Shown here piece by piece: positions 1-6,110 of a stretch of 18,852 nucleotides of DNA. The stretch comes from a virus. How positions within the stretch are numbered: position 1 is the first letter of the stretch; every line of letters starts with the position of its first letter. The notes below the pieces were generated by a model. It made no database searches. It saw only the letters and a program-made list of their open reading frames with translations, and was not told the origin of the DNA. Location: the IMG/VR virus record IMGVR_UViG_3300045988_060630, positions 1 through 18,852 of that record, one strand, 5' to 3'. The translations under genes were made by a program, and so were the position numbers.

Positions 1-55
1 GCATTTCAAGAAATGCTATAATGGTATCAGAAAGATAAAGAGGTAAGAAAAATGA
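1..55. repeat. Left inverted terminal repeat (perfect 55-bp copy)
   Basis: nt 1-55 are the exact reverse complement of nt 18798-18852, checked base by base. Identity breaks at 56/18797. nt 1-16 (gcatttc-aa-gaaatgc) are themselves a perfect palindrome. Confidence 0.95.
14..22 (+). promoter_or_regulatory. Extended -10 promoter (TGcTATAAT) inside the left ITR
   Basis: TG at 14-15 and TATAAT at 17-22 are a perfect extended -10. A -35 hexamer would lie beyond nt 1. GAGG at 40-43 sits 8 nt upstream of the ATG at 52. Confidence 0.6.
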
Positions 56-261
56 TTACAGAACAAAAGCTAAAAGATACACTTATGGGAATCTGGGAAA
101 CTGAATTTAGAGAGGAACAAACGTTTGAAGAGTTCGCTGATGGGTATGACTTTTGGATTGATAAAGAGGGTTATATCTTAGTAGAGGGTCGTGGTATGAA
201 ACCACTTGACGGTGTTAAGATGGTTGGACATGTTGATAACAATATATTTTGGGCTTATTAA
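52..261 (+). CDS. Hypothetical early protein (69 aa, acidic)
   Basis: ORF with a GAGG SD 8 nt upstream. Its ATG (52-54) lies within the ITR. No recognisable motifs. Confidence 0.7.
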   Translation: MITEQKLKDTLMGIWETEFREEQTFEEFADGYDFWIDKEGYILVEGRGMKPLDGVKMVGHVDNNIFWAY

Positions 262-274
262 GGAGGTAAAGACG

Positions 275-493
275 ATGACAAAAATTCATGTGATGTTTAA
301 ACTATTAAACGGTAATAGATTTATTGATACAATGATGGTTAGACCTGACGAGGGCGCAAAAGATGTAGTTGAATCATATATTTATAAATACAATCAAAGT
401 TGCTATACAATGGGAGAACAATATAAGGGCGAGGATTTGACGGCTAACCGTTTAAAATTTATTGTTTTCACTATTTTAAGCTTTGATAAATAA
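275..493 (+). CDS. Hypothetical early protein (72 aa)
   Basis: The ORF track opens at 206, but the ATG at 275 follows a strong SD (AAGGAGG, 261-267) directly after the stop of the upstream gene. The 206 start would overlap that gene by 56 nt and has no SD. Confidence 0.7.
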   Translation: MTKIHVMFKLLNGNRFIDTMMVRPDEGAKDVVESYIYKYNQSCYTMGEQYKGEDLTANRLKFIVFTILSFDK

Positions 494-551
494 TTTACTT
501 TCTTATTAAGTTTATCACTTTCTTTCTACTTGAAAATGTGATAGACTTAAA

Positions 552-580
552 TAAGAAAATAAATAACCTTTATTTTCTTA
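552..580. promoter_or_regulatory. AT-rich perfect hairpin/operator candidate in the 494-621 intergenic region
   Basis: aagaaaataaa (553-563) and tttattttctt (569-579) are exact reverse complements with a 5-nt loop (taacc). An extended -10-like TGaTAGACT lies upstream at 539-547, and actttctt occurs twice (498-505, 516-523). Confidence 0.3.
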
Positions 581-621
581 AATGTAAAAAGCAAATTTTA
601 AAGAAAGGAGAAAAAGAAAAG

Positions 622-894
622 TTGACTGACACACCTATTAAATGCTCTTTTAACGCTACTCAGGTAACTTTCAATCTTTATAAAAATGAAGATGGAAATG
701 TAACTATCATACCTGAAACAGTGACAATCAACCAACGGAGACAGCTCCCGTATATAGAGCGTTATCTGAAAGAACGTTTTACGAGTTATCTCACTATCGA
801 GGTAGTAGACTATGAATATAAGAGCTTTACGGCTTCTATCCCTTTCGCTACCGCCTTAGAACATGCAGAGGAACAACCAGCGGAAGGGGTGTAG
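622..894 (+). CDS. Hypothetical early protein (about 90 aa; alternative GTG start at 538)
   Basis: The open frame runs 538-894. The TTG at 622 is in frame and has GGAG (607-610) 11 nt upstream. The 538-621 stretch is AT-rich and holds the hairpin and promoter-like signals, so it is probably non-coding. The start is uncertain. Confidence 0.55.
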   Translation: MTDTPIKCSFNATQVTFNLYKNEDGNVTIIPETVTINQRRQLPYIERYLKERFTSYLTIEVVDYEYKSFTASIPFATALEHAEEQPAEGV

Positions 895-897
895 TAA

Positions 898-1590
898 ATG
901 GCTTTAACACCAAAACAAAGGAAGGTACAACGGGACTATTTAACCAGAAAGAAAAGAACGCTACAACGTCAGGGCGCATCTAATGCTGAAATAAAAGCTT
1001 TTATGGGTGGACGGTGGAACTTTTCAGGAATGAGTGACAAGGCGTTAGAACGTGCCTACAACGAGATTAAAAGCAAGGGGCGTACTCAAGTCTTCGGCAA
1101 TCATGTTTATACTAGCGACTATGTAAAAAAAGCTAAAGCATGGTATGGCGATAAATTTTCAGTTGAAAAGCTGACCCAAGGCTTTCGCTCTTCTCAACGC
1201 TCAGACTTGAACCGCTTCCATTCAGCCAAGGAAGTCAAAGAATACCGCTCACAACGTGACAGAGAAGCCAAAGAACGCTATATACAAGCGCTTGAAGAAC
1301 TGCACTACAACACCAGAGAAGCAGGCAACAAGGCGCAAGAAAAAGCCTTTAAGTCTATGGTATCACGCATAAGGCGCATGAGTGCCAGCAACTTTGGCGC
1401 ATTTCTGACGGGTGGGGCGTCTGATAAGGTTTCTTTTGATAATGTTATGGTTTTCGTAGACACAGACGGTAAGGAAACGGCTTTTGAATTTCAGGACAGC
1501 CTAGCCCGTGAAATCCTTGATAATGTAGATAAGTTTTCCAAGCAATTTGTCAGTGACATGAGAAGACGAAAGAAGCGAGGGAAGAAGTGA
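898..1590 (+). CDS. Terminal protein (primer for protein-primed replication)
   Basis: 230-aa basic protein directly upstream of the protein-primed DNA polymerase and translationally coupled to it (GTGA overlap). This is the same arrangement as phi29 gene 3/gene 2 and Cp-1 orf4/orf5. The genome has ITRs. The function is assigned from position and size, not from a motif. Confidence 0.75.
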   Translation: MALTPKQRKVQRDYLTRKKRTLQRQGASNAEIKAFMGGRWNFSGMSDKALERAYNEIKSKGRTQVFGNHVYTSDYVKKAKAWYGDKFSVEKLTQGFRSSQRSDLNRFHSAKEVKEYRSQRDREAKERYIQALEELHYNTREAGNKAQEKAFKSMVSRIRRMSASNFGAFLTGGASDKVSFDNVMVFVDTDGKETAFEFQDSLAREILDNVDKFSKQFVSDMRRRKKRGKK

Positions 1591-3293
1591 CTTGCTACTA
1601 TGCAGGCGACTTTGAAACGACTACCAACGAGGAAGAAACAGAAGTTTGGCTATCTTGTTTCGCAAAAGTCATTGACTATGACAAGCTAGACACATTCAAG
1701 GTAAACACCAGCCTAGAGGATTTTCTGAAATCTCTATATCTGGATTTAGACAAGACCTATGCAGAGACGGGAGAAGATGAATTTATCATATTCTTTCACA
1801 ATCTCAAGTTTGATGGCTCTTTCTTGTTATCTTTCTTTCTGAACAATGATATAGAATGTACTTACTTTATTAACGATATGGGGGTATGGTATTCTATTAC
1901 GCTAGAATTTCCAGACTTTACACTGACTTTTAGAGACTCCCTAAAAATCCTTAATTTCTCAATCGCTACGATGGCTGGACTTTTCAAAATGCCAATCGCA
2001 AAGGGTACAACACCCTTGCTAAAACATAAGCCAGAAGTTATTAAACCAGAATGGATTGACTACATTCATGTAGACGTTGCCATTTTAGCCCGTGGTATCT
2101 TTGCAATGTACTATGAAGAAAATTTCACAAAGTACACATCAGCAAGTGAAGCGCTGACAGAGTTTAAACGGATTTTCAGGAAGTCTAAACGAAAATTCAG
2201 AGACTTTTTCCCAATCCTTGATGAAAAGGTGGACGACTTTTGCCGTAAGGCTTACCGTGGGGGCTGGACGTTCGCAAACCCTAAAACACAGGGGCGAACC
2301 TTAAACCAGCTAATAGACATCTACGACATTAACAGCATGTACCCAGCTACAATGCTACAAAATGCCCTCCCAATCGGTACACCGAAGCGCTACAAAGGGA
2401 AGCCTAAGGAGATAAAGCAAGACCACTACTATATTTACCACATTAAAGCCGATTTTGACTTAAAACGTGGCTACCTCCCAACGATACAAATTAAGCGCAA
2501 ACTTGACGCTTTAAGAATTGGTGTCAGAACTAGCGATTATGTGACCACATCTAAAAATGAGGTTATAGACTTATATCTGACTAATTTTGACCTTGACCTA
2601 TTTTTAAAACATTATGATAGTTCTATCATGTACGTTGAAACACTTGAATTTCAGACAGAATCAGGGCTATTTGATGACTATATCACAACTTACAGATACA
2701 AAAAAGAAAATGCACAAAGCCCAGCAGAGAAGCAAAAAGCTAAAATCATGCTTAATAGCTTATATGGGAAGTTTGGCGCTAAAATCATATCTGTTAAGAA
2801 ACTAGCATATCTGGACGATAAAGATATATTACGCTTTAAAAATGACGATGAAGAAGAAGTGCAACCCGTTTATGCACCCGTTGCGTTATTCGTTACATCT
2901 ATTGCCCGTCACTTTATCATTTCAAACGCTCAAGAAAATTATGATAATTTCTTATATGCTGATACAGACAGCTTGCACTTATTCCATTCTGACAGCCTTG
3001 TCCTTGACATCGACCCGTCAGAGTTCGGCAAGTGGGCGCATGAGGGTAGAGCCGTAAAGGCGAAATATTTACGCTCAAAACTCTACATCGAAGAACTGAT
3101 ACAAGAAGACGGGTCAACGCATTTAGACGTTAAGGGCGCAGGTATGACCCCAGAAATCAAAGAAAAAATCACTTTTGAAAATTTTGTTATCGGGGCAACA
3201 TTTGAGGGTAAAAGGGCAAGTAAACAGATTAAAGGAGGTACTCTAATTTATGAAACAACCTTTAAAATCAGGGAAACAGATTACTTGGTTTGA
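1587..3293 (+). CDS. Protein-primed family-B DNA polymerase (phi29 p2-like)
   Basis: GTG start overlaps the terminal protein stop, with GAGGG upstream. Motifs read from the translation: ExoI DFETTT, ExoII FHNLKFDGSF, ExoIII YIHVDV, YRGGW, motif A DINSMYPA, GYLPTIQIKR, motif B KIMLNSLYGKFG, motif C YADTDS, GKWAHE..KAKYLRSKLY, KGAGM..ITFENF. It is collinear with phi29 polymerase as I recall it. Confidence 0.97.
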   Translation: MTCYYAGDFETTTNEEETEVWLSCFAKVIDYDKLDTFKVNTSLEDFLKSLYLDLDKTYAETGEDEFIIFFHNLKFDGSFLLSFFLNNDIECTYFINDMGVWYSITLEFPDFTLTFRDSLKILNFSIATMAGLFKMPIAKGTTPLLKHKPEVIKPEWIDYIHVDVAILARGIFAMYYEENFTKYTSASEALTEFKRIFRKSKRKFRDFFPILDEKVDDFCRKAYRGGWTFANPKTQGRTLNQLIDIYDINSMYPATMLQNALPIGTPKRYKGKPKEIKQDHYYIYHIKADFDLKRGYLPTIQIKRKLDALRIGVRTSDYVTTSKNEVIDLYLTNFDLDLFLKHYDSSIMYVETLEFQTESGLFDDYITTYRYKKENAQSPAEKQKAKIMLNSLYGKFGAKIISVKKLAYLDDKDILRFKNDDEEEVQPVYAPVALFVTSIARHFIISNAQENYDNFLYADTDSLHLFHSDSLVLDIDPSEFGKWAHEGRAVKAKYLRSKLYIEELIQEDGSTHLDVKGAGMTPEIKEKITFENFVIGATFEGKRASKQIKGGTLIYETTFKIRETDYLV

Positions 3294-3696
3294 TGGCTTT
3301 GTATTGTCGGTTTACCGCTCCTTTTTCAAAAAATTGTTACACACCCAACAGGTTAAAAATAAAAAAGGGTACTACTTTCAGAAATCCAGCAACGCACCCA
3401 AAAACACTATTTTTCTAAAGTCCTATCTAAAAGCACATTATGCCTATGAAGATTTTGACTACATGATGAACCTTTATCAATTTGTTTCACAAGAATTTGA
3501 TAAAATTTCAATCAATGCTTTTTACAATATATGTTGCTATTTAGAAGAAAACAAAATCTACTCTCTTTCTTCTAATGCTCTTTACGATTGTTACGAGAAA
3601 TCAAAGAATCGTCAAAACGATTTAGAAAATCTCAATACAATCATCACACCATTAAAATTTTTAAAATCAACAAACGGAGATAAAACAAATGGCTAA
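3250..3696 (+). CDS. Hypothetical protein (148 aa, basic N-terminus)
   Basis: The ATG at 3250 follows a strong SD (AAAGGAGG, 3231-3238) located inside the 3' end of the polymerase gene, giving a 44-nt overlap. No recognisable motifs. Confidence 0.55.
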   Translation: MKQPLKSGKQITWFDGFVLSVYRSFFKKLLHTQQVKNKKGYYFQKSSNAPKNTIFLKSYLKAHYAYEDFDYMMNLYQFVSQEFDKISINAFYNICCYLEENKIYSLSSNALYDCYEKSKNRQNDLENLNTIITPLKFLKSTNGDKTNG

Positions 3697-4201
3697 AAAA
3701 CAAGCAAAGCATGAAAATTTTGACACAGTTGTAGCACAGGCTACCATCACAGCGACATCTAACAAGTCAGACGGTAAGTATAAGCAGAAAAAAGCGACTA
3801 AAGCCGTGTACCTTGTCCCAGCGACAGAAGAAGACGCTCAAAAGCTGATTGATTTTGGTTTACAACTTTACACACCAGATACAGAAAAAGACTCAGACGC
3901 TCGCCCTTACTTTATTGTTAAGGCAACCGAAAACGTGAAAATTTTCACAAGTGAAACGGACTTTGAAGAAGTCAACTTTGGTGTATCTTATGAAGACGTG
4001 AATCCAGAAACAGGAGAAATCACGGTTAAGAAAACCCCGAACTACAAAACAGAAGAACCCGTACACGTTGCGATTATGTTCGTAGAGGGTGGCGATAATG
4101 GAAATGACTTTTTCCGTCTCAATGCCCTTATGATGGCTGACACATTGACCCTTGAAGAAGTGCAACCCGTGAACCCGTTCGCTGGATTGTTTGGAAAATA
4201 A
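3689..4201 (+). CDS. Hypothetical replication-module protein; possible ssDNA-binding protein
   Basis: 170-aa ORF with GGAG upstream and a K-rich N-terminus, otherwise acidic. It lies next to the polymerase in the early operon. The SSB idea comes only from position, by analogy with phi29 p5. Confidence 0.6.
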   Translation: MAKKQAKHENFDTVVAQATITATSNKSDGKYKQKKATKAVYLVPATEEDAQKLIDFGLQLYTPDTEKDSDARPYFIVKATENVKIFTSETDFEEVNFGVSYEDVNPETGEITVKKTPNYKTEEPVHVAIMFVEGGDNGNDFFRLNALMMADTLTLEEVQPVNPFAGLFGK

Positions 4202-4229
4202 AAAAGAGCCTTCCCAATCGGGAAAGCTC
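4195..4229 (-). terminator. Rho-independent terminator on the minus strand (may also stop + strand readthrough)
   Basis: Stem 4206-4215/4220-4229 (10 bp, one mismatch, loop aatc). On the minus strand it is followed by TTTTTTATTTT (complement of 4195-4205). On the + strand no T-run follows directly. Confidence 0.65.
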
Positions 4230-4348
4230 CAATTATAAAGCGTTTTTCATGGCTTGAAAAGTCAGTTGGTTAGAATGACTCGCACCAGCAAGCACCCCTT
4301 GAGGTGTAACCATCTTGCCAGCACTAGACAAGCCTTGAAAAGCCTTAC
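4199..4348 (-). ncRNA. Candidate packaging RNA (pRNA-like), about 150 nt, minus strand
   Basis: It lies in the largest ORF-free gap of the genome (4202-4422), bracketed by a near-consensus minus-strand promoter (4355-4383) and the minus-strand terminator (4195-4229). Internal complementarity: 4251-4256 with 4329-4334, 4267-4272 with 4307-4312, 4293-4297 with 4302-4306. Its length is close to phi29-family pRNAs. The 5' end is predicted, not observed. Confidence 0.5.
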
Positions 4349-4354
4349 AAGTTT

Positions 4355-4383
4355 ATCATATCATACTTGCTTTATTTTGTCAA
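4355..4383 (-). promoter_or_regulatory. Near-consensus sigma-A promoter reading leftward (TTGACA-17-TGaTATGAT)
   Basis: On the minus strand the -35 TTGACA is the complement of 4378-4383, the spacer is 17 nt, TG is at 4363-4362, and the -10 TATGAT is the complement of 4355-4360. Confidence 0.7.
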
Positions 4384-4395
4384 GTATGATATACT
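4367..4395 (+). promoter_or_regulatory. Promoter for the structural (late) operon, extended -10 type
   Basis: TTGCTT (4367-4372), 17-nt spacer, TG (4387-4388), TATACT (4390-4395), 27 nt upstream of the ATG at 4423. It overlaps the leftward promoter within a 12-bp perfect inverted repeat (4358-4369/4381-4392). Confidence 0.6.
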
Positions 4396-4422
4396 TTGTT
4401 TAAAAATTGAAAGGAGAGGGCT

Positions 4423-4713
4423 ATGACCTCACAAGAATGCCTAGCAGTGCTAGACGCTGCAATGGCAAAAGTCGGAAACGATGAAGAAATTGAGAGCCTA
4501 ACGGCTGACTTGATTGACATCAAGGCTTTTGTCGGAGAAGTTGACACAGTTGTCTCAGTCTTGAATGAAGACGTTGAGCGCCTAAACTTGAAAAACGGTA
4601 ACTTACGTTCAGCTAATAACGAACTTTACCGTCGTTTAGGACAGCAAGATGAAATCATGAAACAAGCACAAGAAGACATGAGCGTAGTATCAGCAATCAA
4701 TGCTGTTATTTAA
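4423..4713 (+). CDS. Putative scaffolding protein (96 aa, acidic, helical)
   Basis: Strong SD (AAAGGAGAGG). It is the first gene of the structural operon, upstream of the capsid gene, and its size and helical/acidic character resemble phi29 gp7. The call rests on position and composition. Confidence 0.55.
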   Translation: MTSQECLAVLDAAMAKVGNDEEIESLTADLIDIKAFVGEVDTVVSVLNEDVERLNLKNGNLRSANNELYRRLGQQDEIMKQAQEDMSVVSAINAVI

Positions 4714-4730
4714 TAGAAAGGAAAAAGAAG

Positions 4731-4955
4731 ATGAAACCATTTTCAAAATCAATTAACTGGTATCCTAACAACGCACTAGACGCACTCAAGGACGAACCAG
4801 AGACAGTCGCAGAAGTTACACCGCCAGCAGTTATGCTTGCTGACACACCAGCGCAGGAAGTTCCAAATTATCCAGCGCAAGCCCCAGCAAGTGAAGTTGA
4901 GGGCGTAGAAATGAATATTGACCACGAAAACATCGTAGAAGAGGGAGAAGAATAA
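4731..4955 (+). CDS. Hypothetical highly acidic Pro/Ala-rich protein (74 aa)
   Basis: I count 16 Asp+Glu against 3 Lys and no Arg. There is a weak AGGA SD, and the stop lies 1 nt before the capsid ATG. Confidence 0.55.
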   Translation: MKPFSKSINWYPNNALDALKDEPETVAEVTPPAVMLADTPAQEVPNYPAQAPASEVEGVEMNIDHENIVEEGEE

Positions 4956-4956
4956 C

Positions 4957-6054
4957 ATGGCTAATAAAATTACCACTTTTTTATCAGGTCAAACGGGCAA
5001 ACAAGTCTCAAACATTGACCTATTGAACTCTATCCGCACCCGTGCCAGTGCTGACTATCAGGCGGATATTCCTGTACTTGAGGGCGCACGCATTAACCAC
5101 GCAACAGTCCCATATCAGGATTTTCAAAAGCATGCCAACGAGTTTTTCACAGCTCTTGTAAACCGCATTGGCTCTACAGTTATTAAAGCCCTTACTTATG
5201 AAAATCCGCTTGCTATTTTCAAGTCTGAAACTTTTGAGTTCGGGGACACCTTGCAAGAAATCTATGTACACCCAGCGGAAAAGAAAACCTATGACGCAAA
5301 ATCAGACGTTTCTCCGTTTAAGTTCGCTGATACAGACATCGAAGTCTTTTATCACACTTTGAACAATGAAAACTACTATGAGCGTACTTTTGAACGTGCT
5401 TGGATTCAGAAAGCCTTTGTTTCTGACATGGCGTTTGATGAGTTTGTGGACAAAATGTTTACATCATTGCTTTCATCCGACACGCTGGACGAGTACCAAG
5501 CGGTTAAAGGCGTACTTGAGAAATCACTTGCAGAAGTCAGCTATACTGACCTTAAAGGCAAGGCTAAGAAAATCACGGTGGCAGGTACGAAGATTGACGA
5601 AAACAAACAAGACTTTGTTGTAGACTTTAACCAGTCCCTAATCAACTTGTCTAAACGTTTCACAATCCCAAGCCGTACAACGTTTAACAATCCAGTAGGC
5701 GTGCCAAACATGACGGCAATCGAAGACCAGTATCTGGTTATCTCCGCAGAATTTTCTACACATCTTGACATGCTTTTGGCTAACGCCTTTAACATGGATA
5801 AAGCCAGCGTACTTGCTCGCACTATCGTAGTAGATGATTTTGAAAAATTCACGGGAGAGGGTGCAAACAATGGACGTAAGCCAGTTGCTTTCCTTATCTC
5901 AGCAAAATCTATCATTAACAAAGACAAGTTGGTACACATGGAAGCAATCCGCAACCCTCGCAACATGACCTATAATTATTTCTATCATCATCACTACATG
6001 ACCAGTCTTTCACTTTTTGAAAACATTCATTTCTGGTATGTTGAGGAAGCCTAA
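4957..6054 (+). CDS. Major capsid (head) protein
   Basis: 365-aa ORF with an AGGGAG SD, between the scaffold-like gene and the portal gene, and followed by a GC-rich terminator, which is typical for the most abundantly expressed late gene. The position matches Cp-1 orf9. Confidence 0.8.
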   Translation: MANKITTFLSGQTGKQVSNIDLLNSIRTRASADYQADIPVLEGARINHATVPYQDFQKHANEFFTALVNRIGSTVIKALTYENPLAIFKSETFEFGDTLQEIYVHPAEKKTYDAKSDVSPFKFADTDIEVFYHTLNNENYYERTFERAWIQKAFVSDMAFDEFVDKMFTSLLSSDTLDEYQAVKGVLEKSLAEVSYTDLKGKAKKITVAGTKIDENKQDFVVDFNQSLINLSKRFTIPSRTTFNNPVGVPNMTAIEDQYLVISAEFSTHLDMLLANAFNMDKASVLARTIVVDDFEKFTGEGANNGRKPVAFLISAKSIINKDKLVHMEAIRNPRNMTYNYFYHHHYMTSLSLFENIHFWYVEEA

Positions 6055-6066
6055 AGGCTGACCAAG

Positions 6067-6093
6067 GGCGGGCAATAGCCCGCCTATTTTATT
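6067..6093 (+). terminator. Rho-independent terminator after the capsid gene
   Basis: 7-bp all-G/C stem ggcgggc (6067-6073) / gcccgcc (6078-6084), loop aata, followed by tattttatt. Confidence 0.8.
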
Positions 6094-6110
6094 AAGTGAA
6101 AGGGGACTAA

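Noticed and set aside
1-16. The terminal palindrome as evidence for covalently closed hairpin telomeres (N15 or poxvirus style).
   Set aside because: The genome encodes a terminal protein and a protein-primed PolB and has no protelomerase. The palindrome is only 7+7 bp with a 2-nt spacer. An origin or recognition element within a terminal-protein-capped end is more consistent.
206-274. The upstream start at 206 for the second small ORF.
   Set aside because: It would overlap the first gene by 56 nt and has no SD. The ATG at 275 has AAGGAGG 7 nt upstream.
2614-3117. Three internal ORFs within the polymerase gene: 2614-2805 (+), 2842-3057 (+) and 2917-3117 (-).
   Set aside because: They lie entirely inside the well-supported PolB reading frame, in other frames or antisense. 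They have no SD and their sequences are low-complexity or Leu/Ser/Arg-rich shadow translations.
4258-4320. A tRNA-like D-arm on the + strand (gtca-gttggttagaa-tgac), which raised the possibility of a tRNA gene in the gap.
   Set aside because: I could not build a matching anticodon stem, a T-arm (GTTCGAATC-like) or an acceptor stem by hand on either strand. The hairpin is more simply part of the candidate minus-strand ncRNA. tRNAscan-SE would settle it.
5131-5160. The NEFF|TA motif in the capsid protein (residues 61-66) as a canonical Prp-type cleavage site.
   Set aside because: It superficially resembles the Prp ...QFF|A site. My recollection of Cp-1 is that about 48 N-terminal residues are removed next to a His, which corresponds to His48-Ala49 here. 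Without N-terminal sequencing I cannot support the FF site.
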